Positions 13,334 to 26,600 of a stretch of DNA of 64,000 nucleotides are shown in pieces; positions within the stretch are counted from its first letter, which is position 1; each line of letters starts with the position of its first letter. The stretch is taken from positions 2,976,001-3,040,000 of the forward strand of contig JAQGDQ010000002.1 of NCBI GenBank assembly GCA_030141605.1, written 5' to 3'. The stretch is from Tubiluchus corallicola (lineage: Eukaryota; Animalia; Priapulida). The position numbers and the translations under genes are program-made. Under the pieces are notes generated by a model. The model saw nothing but the letters and a program-made list of their open reading frames with translations, was not told where the DNA came from and searched no databases.

Positions 13334-15376
13334 TATCAATATTGCCATCTTATTCTACAGCCACAATTTTATATATCAAATTTTATGAATGAAAGGCGGC
13401 TCACTAATGGTCATATTTTATAAACAGTCGTATAAACGAGATGTATACCAATTCTTGTTTTAAGAAATTTATTATGGTGTGAATAGATATGGATCATCCA
13501 TCGGTTTCGTATTGTCCAAGGTGACACTAATTATTGCGTAAATTGCTCCAACATTTTAATAACTTCTTCGAAGCGAACCCTATGACATCTGCACAACTTA
13601 ATTGTAATGTGTGTAATTCCGTTGGTTTAATTAACAACTTCTAAAAAGTACGAACGAAGCAATTTCGGCTTTGATATCCGTTCATATGCGCTACTTGACA
13701 TTAAAGCCAAGAATTTATCTACACAATTAACTGAATATTATTAAAAATTATTTAAAGTGCTTGGTTTATTACTGTTTTTTTTATTGACAATAACAAATCG
13801 TGTTGAGAAATAATAAAAGATTTTTAGTGAAGAAACCAGAAAAATAAAGTGTTTAATTATGTTTTATTCTCAACAAAGATTTCGCTACAAAGTTCCTACT
13901 ATTCTCTTATTACTACTACGCTGGCTTTGTAGAAACGTTTAATTCAGAAATTAATTCTGTCACTTTATGCATCCATAATGTTTGAAACGAATTCACAATT
14001 AAAGATAGCATATGAAAATTTGAGTGATACTGAGTCGATTGTTCACACCCACGTCAGGTTTTTCTGAAAAGTTTTGAGGAGCTGGGCAACAAGATTTTTC
14101 ACTTGAGTAGCTATTATAACTGTTCCAGGTAAGGGACAGAACAGGCTGATAGCTGAAAAATGCAGCACCTCTGTTTAGAACTTCAGTTGTGCAAGCCACC
14201 TTTCTTGTGCGGATTTATCTTGTAACGTACTAAAATGCGACTTATGTATGTATAAGATCGTAGCTTTTAATGCTGCATGAAGCCGTGAATTCATCTTCGC
14301 CAGATCTGGTCATATTTCTACTATTTGCTTTGAAAAGGTTGTGCTTGATATATTGACTAGCCTTTCAGGCCCACATTTTCACTAAATTAAATAAGAATAA
14401 TGAGCATATGGGTTATCAAGAAAACAGTTTTCAGCGTTGCTAGAGAATAGGCATTTATAGTAAACATTGCTTGTTATAGGATACAAATGAAACCAGTGAG
14501 TTTCGGTGTCTCGGGAGTAATAAGAGCTTAATTTGTTTGTTTGTATATTCTCTGTGAGGAAGCAACCGCCGTGCCGCTAGGCAGCAACACGAGAACAAAA
14601 ATTTGCAATGGAACAGACGAGCATTTTTTCATAGGAGCTAATTAATGACTTGGCGGACGACTTTTAGCCAAACCGTCGCCAGGGTTCACCGCCTACTTAT
14701 GCGTTACACCACTGCATTCACATTTACTGGTAGGCGACGACAAAACAAACATAGAAATTTATGTAGAATTAATAAGTATTACCTGGTAGGCAGTAGAGTG
14801 CTGATTCTTGAGTTTTTTCTTACGGTTAGGCTATGTTCATTGTTTCCTGACGTTGCTGCATAACGAAAAATATTAAGTTTATGTGAATATCTGTGTACGT
14901 GTCGTCGTAGCTGTGTCAGTTGTGACCGTCAAAACGTATCCTCTTATTTGTGGAATATTACCGCTGCAATGGTTCTTAGAATGCAAACCCAGTTTCCGGA
15001 GCACCAATGTGAACGAAGCTTTAATTCGCCAATACGCTTTGCCGACAAAGGGCACGGCTAGTTACTCGCAATAAACAACCGCGACTTGCCATTGCAACAA
15101 ATCACGGCAGGCAGATCAACGGAATCGATGGTTGAAAAGAAATAAAAAACTTGCCGACTAATTAGAACAAGGTGCGGGTGAGATGGAGTTACGACGCGTA
15201 AACACTCGGCGGCTCAGAGATGAAACGAACGGCGGCGATTATTAGACGTTGTATTGTATTGCATCATTGCAGCTAATTTCACTCTACTCGACAAGTAAAA
15301 AACTAAAGGTAGGAGGAAGAAACAGGCAGAGGAATGCAAGGATGAAACAGGGAAACCAAGGCAGTTAAGAAAGACG

Positions 15377-15381
15377 AGAGA

Positions 15382-15443
<62 letters not shown>

Positions 15444-15515
15444 GAAAGTAGAGTGAAAGAGAATTGAAAAGAAGAAGAGAAAGAGAGAGATAGAGGGAAA
15501 CAGAGAGAGAGAGAA

Positions 15516-15600
<85 letters not shown>
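15377..15600 (+). repeat. Compound (GA)n microsatellite
   Basis: Two long GA runs joined by purine-rich degenerate sequence. Confidence 0.97.
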
Positions 15601-15602
<2 letters not shown>

Positions 15603-17249
15603 TTTGTAAACACGACATTTTATCAGTACTCCAATTAGGTACACCCAAATTATTAAGGTTTCATAACGAAACATGTTTTTAAGGAAATCTGTTAGCTGTA
15701 ATAAGCAAAATTACTTAAATGAAAATGTACATGAATAAAATTGACAATTAATACAAATGTTTGACAAACCGTTCTATAGAATTAATTGTACTGAACGCAT
15801 TATCAAGAACTACACGTGGTCATAAAACAGAACTTTTCGGACCACGTGTAGGCGCAGTGCTTTTATTATAATCTCAAGAAGCATTGTTTGCAGATGTGTA
15901 TGGTTTCAGTCTACTGCATTAATTTACTAACAAATTTTGTTAGTATACTTCGTGACTTATTACAATGAATTATCAGTCATCTTTTTCATCAAAAATGAAA
16001 TTTAATATGCTTTCTAAAACTGTTTTAAATTATTTTGGCTAACTATGTACTACGGCCCAAAATTAATTCTCTTAAAAGCTGTCAACATAATTACGCCGTT
16101 TACCCGAATTTAATTAACAATTTTTATTCCCTTGTTACTTGTTTCAACTGCCGCTATGCGATCTTCTGTAAGTGCCATAGGCTCGTAAAATAAATGGGCG
16201 AACATTCTGGTTTAGTTGAAAAACTGTTCCATATCTTTCTCGATTGTTTGCTATATTAAAAGCTATACGAACTACCTTTCATATTGCCTTTTGCTGTAAA
16301 TGGATTATGGGTCTAGCTCACGTTGTTTGTTTCTGTTTTTATTTTTTAATTAGCCACATTATGTAAAATAAAGCAACCGGATCCAGTAATTGGCTCATTT
16401 TGAATCAAGTACACTAACAAATTAGCGTAATGAATTACTGAATTAATCACTGATACATCTCGTCACCGCGAATAATGTCAAACGCCTTTTAGAACTTAGA
16501 AGATGCCGTATGGCTTCGTGATTATGGAATATGGCTTGCTTCTTACGCCTTTCCCAGTGTGACACGGGCCTTAATCAACTTATAAGAAACTAGCTTCTGA
16601 AGTGGATTAGGTAGAATAAAAACAAAAATACAAATAAAGTGTTTTTGTTCTTCAAGTAAGTTTAATTAATATTTGAATATGACAAATGCATCTGAAAATA
16701 ATAATGTGATGTACCCATTATCATTCTTGCTATTGCTTTAAGAACTAACAACTGGACTATATATCATGAAATTGCTTTGGTAGAAACGAAAATCATGATA
16801 ACTTCATTTTGATATCTATTACAGCACAAAAAGGTATAAACCAGAAATCTTTCAGCCCTAATTTTGCTTCACAACTGCAGAAAATCACACTAATCATTAC
16901 AATATTACATATACAACATTTAATTTATTATTTATAATTACATGTAAAATATATCTACCATTTAATTAGATAAAAAATGACTTAGAAAGACAGAAATCAC
17001 AACATTACTACACTGTGTACAAAGAGGATCATTTTCAAGACACAACTGCGAAACACGAAGCACTTTCTGCTGAAGTGTCTAAATTATCAATGCCTAAAAT
17101 AATCTTAGTACCACAACTGTAGCTACAAATAAATAGAAAGCTATAGTGTCTTTTATTTATATTTATTCTTCTTCAAACAGCCCCAAAATTAAATATTTAT
17201 GATTGCACTGTACCCGAGCATGGATACATTAATCATTACTGCAGGTAAA

Positions 17250-17695
17250 ATCAATAAAACTTTTAAATAAATGCTTTGCTTTTCAGCTACCATCGAACTA
17301 AACTTCTGTACTGCTTTGGCCAGATCCTCTCTTTCCAACTTAATGGCCTTTTCCCTTTTTTTGGGTGAATATTCTTGACAAATCTGTATTTATGATTTTA
17401 TTTAAACTCTAAAAAAATACTAATAAAAATTTGTAAACAAAGTGCTATACGTTTGAGCTACAGCCAAAATAAGACTTCTCTATTTCCAACTTTATGCCTT
17501 TTTATGTGAATATTCTTGGCACAATCCATACGATATGATCGTATTATATGTGAGCATGATTGCATTAACAGAAAAAAACTAATAAAAATTTCTAAACAAA
17601 TGCTACACATTTCAAAAACAGTCAAACTATGACTCTTCTACTTCCATAACCAAGTCCTCGCCTTCTAACTTCATGCCTTTTTTGATGTGAACCTT
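17250..17695 (-). repeat. Three diverged tandem copies (period about 160 bp) of the pyruvate carboxylase CDS end plus proximal 3' UTR
   Basis: Anchor (t/c)aataaaa..tt.taaa.aaa.tgct recurs at 17580, 17421 and 17252; anchor aactt.atg.c..ttt...gtgaa recurs near 17670-17690, 17488-17510 and 17337-17369. Confidence 0.75.
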
Positions 17696-20600
17696 TGCTA
17701 CTTTTCCACTGAATGGTGCATTAACCACCATCTCTATTTTCATTGCTGATAGTACCAGTAGAGGCTGCCCCTTTTCAACCTAAATAAGTGATATCAAATG
17801 GGCATGACAATGCAAGTTTAGATTTGGAGTGTAGATACAAAATAATAATATGGTGGAAAAAGATAAACTGAATATAACTCCTGCCATCCAAAAACATTAA
17901 TAATACAGTAATCATACCAGAAATGAAACGATGAAAGTAATTTAGTGATGCCAATCAATTAAAATAATTAAACTGCACCTTGACAAGTTTTTGCCAGTAA
18001 CATTTAAATTAACCTTCAATTAAACTAGAATAAAAAGCTCACCAAGTACAACATATCGTACAATAAAATTTAAACTGCATAATTTATTAAGATTCTTCAT
18101 TTCAAAATGGTTCTACATTATTACGGCTAAAATTTATACATAGAAGACATTTCAACAAGTATGATAAGCTAGATGCTGGTGTTTAGCTTCTGGTGCTAAA
18201 GTGACAGTACCTAGTTAAATATGTTTCAAAAATCAAAAGTCTCATTTTATTTATTAGAAATGTGTTAAGCTAGCAATGTGAATTATACCTCACATGTGAA
18301 AAAAACTTGGAGTTGGAAATGCTGCTTACCTTATCTCCAACTTTTACTCTGACATCTACAACAGTGCCAGGCATTGGAGCACCGACATGTTCTTTTACAT
18401 CTTTCATGGCTTTTGGATGGTGAGAAACAGTCTGTAAAGCATTTATTTTAATAAAAAAAATAAGGAAAATCAGTAGGTCCACTCTTCAAAGGTAAGAAAA
18501 GCAGACATTAAATTTACTGAAAATTGTACACTTTAGAGTACATAAGTAAGAGTTTCAGGACATGCTTAGTAAACATAGTTAAAACATGTGAAGTCTGGTC
18601 AGTAAAGGGATGAGTGACCATTAGAAAAACACCTTCTAGACAGTTTCACCTGCCATGCCTCCAGCTGTTTAAGGATGACAAACATGCATCCACATTTAGC
18701 TAAAACAGCCCTGACATTCAAAGTCTTACCATGGGGACTTATTCTTAATGATTAGTTAGGTTCCAGTCATTCCTAGTAAATATTTCAAGATAAAATATTT
18801 GCATATGTCTTTAATTATTACCAGCAACAACAGCAACAACACTCAACCCACTCCTTATTAATGAAGACAATGAAAACAAACTAGAAAGTTTACTTTTACA
18901 GCTGATTTGTCCTTGACATAAACAGTTCTCAGTTGGCCGTTCATCTCGAAAAACACTTCTCTCATTGCATTTGCCTTCAAGTCAGACATAGCTAGCGTTG
19001 AGATATGTAGTGTTTTTCCCTTTTCAATTTCGACCTGAAAAAATGTTAACAATAGATCATGGTGCATTGCTGATGAATGGTAAATGACAAGTGTAATAGG
19101 TTACTAACAAATATTAATTTAACAACATTATTACCAAATCTATACTCAAGGCATGTAATTGGAAATAAATATTAACTAGTGTGTCTGTAATATGCTTCAT
19201 TAGACAGTGACATAGTTATTAAAGTAAAGACAAGAACGTTTACTTTTTTCTGACAGCAAAACAAATGTGGTAGTCTACCGTCAACACTAAGCTGGTTAGA
19301 AAAATTGTTTGGTATTTATAGTGATTGAAATATATGTGTTGTGGCTGAGAGTCGCCTATAAAAGCTTTCACAAAAGAAAATAAGTTAATCCAGTATATGG
19401 GCACTGACTCATGGTATATCCAGTATATGGTTACGCATATTTACTTTTATAAACCTACATGTATTTCAACTGCATCTAGTCGTATTTCTTCATTACCGTC
19501 TTACTTCAGTTGCACTTAGTTAGAAACCAGAAATTCAAAATACTCTTGCAGGTGCCTCATAAAACATTGCAGTATACTTTATTATTATTGTTGTTGTTGT
19601 TATTATTATGAGTTTATTTTGCATAAAAATATACAGCTTACAAAGACAACAGGATGTTAGTAAAACAGATAGAGTAAATAAATATGTCCACAGAAATTCA
19701 ACTTTGTAATATCCACTCATTTCAGTATGCTTGTAACTATGTTGCAAGAATCTATAACAGGTATCTTAAAACATAAAAACATCTTTAAATGAGTTTTTTA
19801 CCTTTAACTTTACATATTCATTTAGATCTATAGTACAACCATATTTTAATCTTAAATTTACTTCACGGTTATTTACATAGTATCATAGCTTTGAAATTTC
19901 CAATGTGCAGGACTTTGTAATTTTTCTCACAAACTTTAATTTTCGACTATCTATTAAATAATTCGATTTATGTTGTTGAAAGCATTATTCTAGCGTTTTA
20001 CATACAATCTTACTGAAGATTAAATGTACCCTTTTCAAGAACAAATCTGTTTAGATTTTCATTTGTTCCCACTTCACTCAAAACATTCAATAGTAGCTAA
20101 ACACTTTAAACACTTATCAATTTTTTAAATCTTATTTTAATTGTAACATTTAGATTTTTATGTACAGCTGAATTTAATTACAGTAACAAACTTGTTGTGC
20201 TAATTATTTCTTAACTAGTCTGTGCAAGGCATAAAGAATGATCATTAGAGGTGTCTATGTGTATGAGTTGGGTTAAGGTGTGCAGATTTTCTCTTCTCAA
20301 TTGGCAAACAGCAATGTCAAAAAAGATTTTGTTACACTCAAAATTTTAATTTCATTATGCTCTTTCCTCTATTACCCTTTCCAATACTTTCTCATCGCCA
20401 CATTTCATGTATTACTTAGCAGACAAAATAAATCTTTCGGCTAATTCCTACTTCATTTGTTACTATTATGTAGAAAACTGATTACCTGAGTTTCTTCAGC
20501 AATCTTTGGCCCAACTAGGTAATGGCGGGTCGGAAGACATGTTACAGGTCCATAGTTCTTTGAAAACTGTTTGTAGTCATCCAGGACTTTTGGATACATA

Positions 20601-23600
20601 GCAGCACTCATTACATCATAGTCATTAATATTGTCCTCCCCATGTTTGTCTATCAGATCAGACTTAAGTTTTTGGAAGTCTAGAGGTGCCAGGTTTTCCC
20701 CAGGACGTCCTTCAACTTTAGATTTGCCTTTCAAAATCTAAAGAATAACTGTATAGTTATAGTTCAATGATTCAACAGGTTAATGTTTGCAGCTGTCATA
20801 CATGTAACACAGTGCTACACATAAACAGTATACGTGCAGACAAGATAAATACACATATGAATAAAAATAATAACGATAATAAAAATGTGATAAGCGAAAC
20901 TGCTAAAAGTGTTTTAATTACAACAAAAATATTTATGTAAAAAATATAAGTTGACTTTTTATAGAAAACAAATTTCAATGACATAAAAGGCTTTCATAGG
21001 TTAATAAAAATGATGCGAAGATTCTACAATATTAATTACTTATGACTAACTTTAAACTAAAAAAATATATAAAATGATAAGTTAACACTGTGTCACCAGT
21101 TTAACTCTCCAATATAGGAAAAAATAAGCAAGTCAGGTTTACTTTAGTTCTGAGGGGTTCAGGCCAGCCTCCATGAGGTTCACCCAGAACACCTTGGAAG
21201 AATTCAACCACGGACACAGGAAATGACAATTCTTCGGCTTTTTCTTCAACGTCTTTTTTAGACAATTTGTTTTGGACCATGAATTGAGCCATGTCTCCAA
21301 CAACCTTAGATGATGGTGTCACCTTTGTACAAGAAATTGAATATGACATAGTTATATCGACAAAAGAACAAACACTGCATAAATGCACAATTATAAACGA
21401 ACTAAAATAACTGAACATACTAACATAATAAAATTCAATATCTCATGTGACTAAGGTTATACTGCAAACTAAGTAAATCGAAGTCTAACCAACAGATTTG
21501 GGACTTTCAAACATGTGTATGTGTATAGTAAAATACATATATCACACAAACTCCGGGATGTTGTTTACATTTTATTCTATTTTTGTTTTTGGATAAAAAC
21601 TCCTGGAAACATTCATGATATTCAGTCACATGTTAGAAATCTGAACTGCAGGCATGAAATCTGTAACAAGTTAGTTTCTACGTTTTCAGCTGCATGTATA
21701 AATAATAAAAGATAATGCTTGTTCCCATCTCCAGAAAGTGGAGCCCAAATAAACTGTGGTGAGCCCTTCCTCTTTTACATGGGTAAGTGAGGTGAGTGTT
21801 TGTGAAATCCAAGCATTCGAAAATTGGATTATTCAGTTGATCGTAGATGTATCTAAGCTTCCTTAATTGTGACCTTGAATTCATCTAACAATCTGAAATA
21901 TCATCTGCTCATAGCGGTATAAAGTGATGCAAAGACTAACCTTTACTATGTCACCCAACAGCTGGTTTGCATCAATATATGACTTCTTCACCTCTTCAAA
22001 CTGTTCTCCTAACCCGAGGCTAAATGCTTGGAATTGCATGTTTGTGTATTGTCCTCCGGGTATTTCATGTTCATAGACATCACTGCAACCACTCTTCATA
22101 GTGACAGCACATTCAAATGGAGCATATAATAGTCGTGCTTGTTCCCAGTACGATGAATATGCATAAACCTTGTTCAGATCAATGCCTGGTTGAAATGTAT
22201 TATTATTAAATTTTTAGGTAAAAACACCATTAAACACCACCCTGAATACATCATTAGTAAACATTATTATAAGTAAAAAAAACCATTATTTGGTTGATAT
22301 GTAGTCCAAAATCTAAATTGTTTTATACTGCGTACAAGCACAATAGTCAACTGGGTAAAACAATATGCAAAATAGTTTAGTTTACATTTATGCTGAATAA
22401 AATATACATTTATGCTGAATAAAATAATGGCTGTAGATTATTATGTTTTGATGCAATAGCCCAAACACTTTCAATTAAACTCACTGAATAATACAATTAT
22501 ACCACAACATGCAGATCAATAAACTTGAAAAGGGAAGCAAGACCCATTAACAAATCACACAAAAACACATTTCATCCTCTATACTGGGATTGTTGACTCC
22601 ATGCTACTTCTGTCAGGGATAATGCACATACATCCAAAGATGGCTTTGCCAGTTCAGAATCTCAAGTTAGAGGAATAAATTTGATGGTTGATAGAATATA
22701 ACTAGTTCCTGTCTTGCCATAATAATTCAACAATAGTAAATTAATAAACTACTGAAAGATAGTTTTAGAAATGTGCACTTTCCACAAAAATTGCTTAAAG
22801 AACAATCTGTCATTAATCAACAGATCTCACATACAGTTTTCAGGTTTTGTTTTAATATACATACCAGTGTCTAATGCGGACCCTCTTACAGCAGCAACTA
22901 CTGCTCCCATACTAGGCTGTGAAGTCATCCCAGACATCGAATCCACTGCTACATCAACAACGTCGGCTCCCGCCTCTGCGCAAGCTAACATGGATGCAAC
23001 GCCAGCACCAGCTGTGTCATGTGTGTGTATGTGTATTGGCATGTCAGGATACTTTTCTCGTAGAGAACCAACCAACATTTTGGCAGCCCTTGGTTTGAGT
23101 ACTCCTGCCATGTCCTAGACAAAAAGTGGAGAAAAATGCCACATCTGAAAGCACAGAACGTGCTCGACTTCAAATTTGTAATTTTTTTCTAGGCTTCATA
23201 AAACTAATGTTAATTTGTGATCATTGCAAAGTGTTCTGAATAAACATATACTTTTAAGTTTAGCTATCTAACAGCAGTTTACAACAGCAGCAATTGGTTA
23301 TTAACAGCAGGAGCCAATTAGTTTCAGACAAACAAATGAAGCATTTAAAAGTCACTAAAATGTCTAAAAAATGTAACCTTTATAGATAGCACGTGTGTTC
23401 CAGCCTTGATAAGTTCATCAGCAATCTTCATGTAATAATTGAGATCATATTTGGTTTTCTTAGGATCCGATACATCACCAGAATAAGAGATTGCCGCTTC
23501 AACAACACCACCTAATAAAATTGAAAAAGCATCAGTCATGTTCTGCAAACAAATGATACATGTATGAAACTACTAAACTGGTAAAAAAATCTGCATAGAG

Positions 23601-26600
23601 TTTAAAGATCTCCTTACCTGCCTTTCCAGCAGCTTCCATTCCCAAGATGAGGTTAGGGAGATAATTGAGACAGTCAAAAACCCGGAAGACATCCATCCCA
23701 CACTGTTTTGCTAATTTACAAAACCTGGTAAAATTTAAGATTAAAAGAAATTAAGAAGATGAATTTTAAAATAATTCTTAATGTAATGAAACTTAGAAAA
23801 CAGTTACTTTTACCGGGAAGTTTTAGATTGCAAATGTGCATAATAATCGGGAATTTTGAAGGTAAACGCCTTTTGAGCATAGATAAGTGGAGATAATGCC
23901 ACAATTACAATCATACAGCAAGACAGCATAGCACTAGCCATGTTAAAAGCATTGCTAGTATGCAAGACTTGGCCAAAATTATTGGCAACATGTTTAGTCA
24001 GAAAAATGGAAACCATAATTATTACGACTGAATGTTGTCCTTACTATACTTTATTAAAAGAGACGCTAGGGACCAAAAATTATTTAATATCTTCAAAGCA
24101 ATGTAAATGTAAAAATGACTTTGATTTAAGGCCCTGTGTGCAACTGTGAATAAGCATGCTAGATTTAGGTCAAATCAAAATAAAATTACAGAAATATTTT
24201 CAACTTCCGTCGATCTGTAACTTGTGAAGCACAAAAACAATAAAAAAATGGGTACTTGCTCGAATACAGCATTGTCAGGATAAGTTGTATAACCAACCGC
24301 ATTTGCGCCACGCAGCAACATCTGGAAGGGAATGTTAGGAATCAGTTTTCGAAGTGTTTCAAGCCGCTCCCAAGGACATTCATTTAGAAACCTCATGGCA
24401 ACATCAAACGTGGCACCTACACAAAATTCCATTCTATCAGTTATTTTTTGCTTCTTTTTTTAACTTAAAAATTAGTAAATCACAACAGTTAATAAATTTG
24501 AACTTGCAAAATCCTTACCACCCCAGTTTTCCATGCTGTATAAATTTGGCATACTATGAGCCATAAATGGTGAAATCCTCTTCAGATCATGCGTGCGTAC
24601 CCTGGTGGCTAAAAGTGACTGGTGCGCATCACGAAATGTTGTGTCCATCAGCAATAGTCCTGGATTTTTTCTTACAGCTTTAGCGAATGCTTCCGGTCCT
24701 TCTTTGTCTAAAATAGTTTTCCAACCTGCAGGCACTGGTTCAGCTAAATAACATAATAAAATCATTAATCGCTCATTTATTCGTTACATCAACATCAACG
24801 TGTCAATGGGCATATTTGTTGAACGATCTCCTGACTGGCACTAATTGATCAGAATAAGATAAGCTAACTGCACACAAAACTTATCTTGATTGAGGCCGAT
24901 TTCAGGTTTTGTAACAAGTGTAAAAGCCATCTCTTCTAATCACCTAAATATAAATGGAAAAGAACTAGAACCTATGAAAATAATGTTAAATAATGCAAAG
25001 GGTTCAAACCACCTGAAGTCTTTGCAGAAGATTCCATTTTCCGCAGAATGAACACAGAACATAAAACCTTTCAGTCCACTATCAGTTTTCACTTTTGTAA
25101 ATCAGGTACAAATTAATTAACCTCTTCACCACCAAGGGTCTTGGCAAGTTGTGCGCCATGATTTTTTACTGCCACGGTCATTTTTACATTGATTTCTTTA
25201 GAATTTATAATACAGAACATATTTATGCTGCATAAACGACAAAGTAAAATTTATGTTGCTACGAATAAGAAAGAAATATGGTTAACTTGTAGTATAGTAT
25301 ACTCAAAATATCCACCAAACAAGATGGCTGCCAAACTGCTAACTATTTTACTATATAAAGTTTTATATCAGTTAAAAAGTATATGCAATTGAAAAAAGGC
25401 TAACTCTTTTATAAATCATTCATTCATTCATTCACCCATATATTCATTTAATCATACATTCATCCATTTACTCAATCACTATATTCATTCATTGAATCAT
25501 TCATTCATTAGGCCTATACGTTTATTAACTTGTTTATGTTTAATATTTATTTGCAAAATGAATCTACATGGTCTAAAAGAAATGGAATTTAGATGCACCT
25601 CCAATTCAAAATCATAATTTCAGACAAGCAAAAGCCTACACAAATTATTGTTTATGGGCCTGCTAAGAATGTTTAGAATATATGGGCCTAGTTCTAGGCC
25701 TAGAAAACATGTGGAAGTATGTGCAATTGTACATAAGCATTAAAACCTCTAAAACTATCAGACCTTAAACTTTTATTGTTGAAAACTGTCCTTAAATCTC
25801 TGAAAAATGTAAAATTTTGCCTATTTGCCTGATGCATAGCTTGCAATCAAAGCCATCTATATGAGTAGCCACATAATGTATTTGCCAAGAAAGGCCACCA
25901 AGAAACAAGGTAAGACTTAGCTTGTGCATGTTTCCGGGACTGTGCAGGGCCCTGCTATAGCTGGTAAGAACTTACTAGTGACAAATACAGAGCACAAGTA
26001 GATGTACAGCAATATAAATAATGGACGTAACAGTACATCATGGAGGCAGTTAATGAAGTTGGCAGGGATAACTAAAGACAGGTCCTTGTTATAAATTGTC
26101 ACACTACATATTGTATAATTTTCACACTAGCGATTACTAACTATTATGACAGCAAAAACTAACTTTTGATTAGCAATATAGACTAACTCCTATGCTATTG
26201 AATCACTTGTCAAAAATCTACATGCAGTCAAATCAGATTAATTCCTGGTGTTGATTTCCAGCAAGTCAGTCATAATCTTTTTTTGACTCGTAAACTGCAG
26301 TATATGTGTATGTTTTGTTTCGCAAGAATGAGAAAAATCATTATAATCCATAAAGCTTACTGCATTAGAAACAAAAGAACGTTACGTACAAGGACCAGGT
26401 GTTTCAGGCACTGGTGGTTCTTTCAGCGCAGGCTGTAAACTAGTTGACAGGGGTGTGACTGCTCCATTTACCAATACTTCCCCTAGAAAGGTGAGGAGTT
26501 TCTGAGCTCTGTTCCTACTGGGATGAAACTTGAACAAATCTGGATTCTCATCAATGAAAGATGTATCAACAGAGCCATCTAAAAATTGCTTATGTTCCAA

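Noticed and set aside
25922-25960. Possible 39-nt in-frame cassette exon in PC ([12 protein letters not shown]), echoing the neighbouring VPETPGP
   Set aside because: The acceptor is plausible but the donor would be GCTAAG, which fits neither the GT nor the GC-AG consensus; likely chance.
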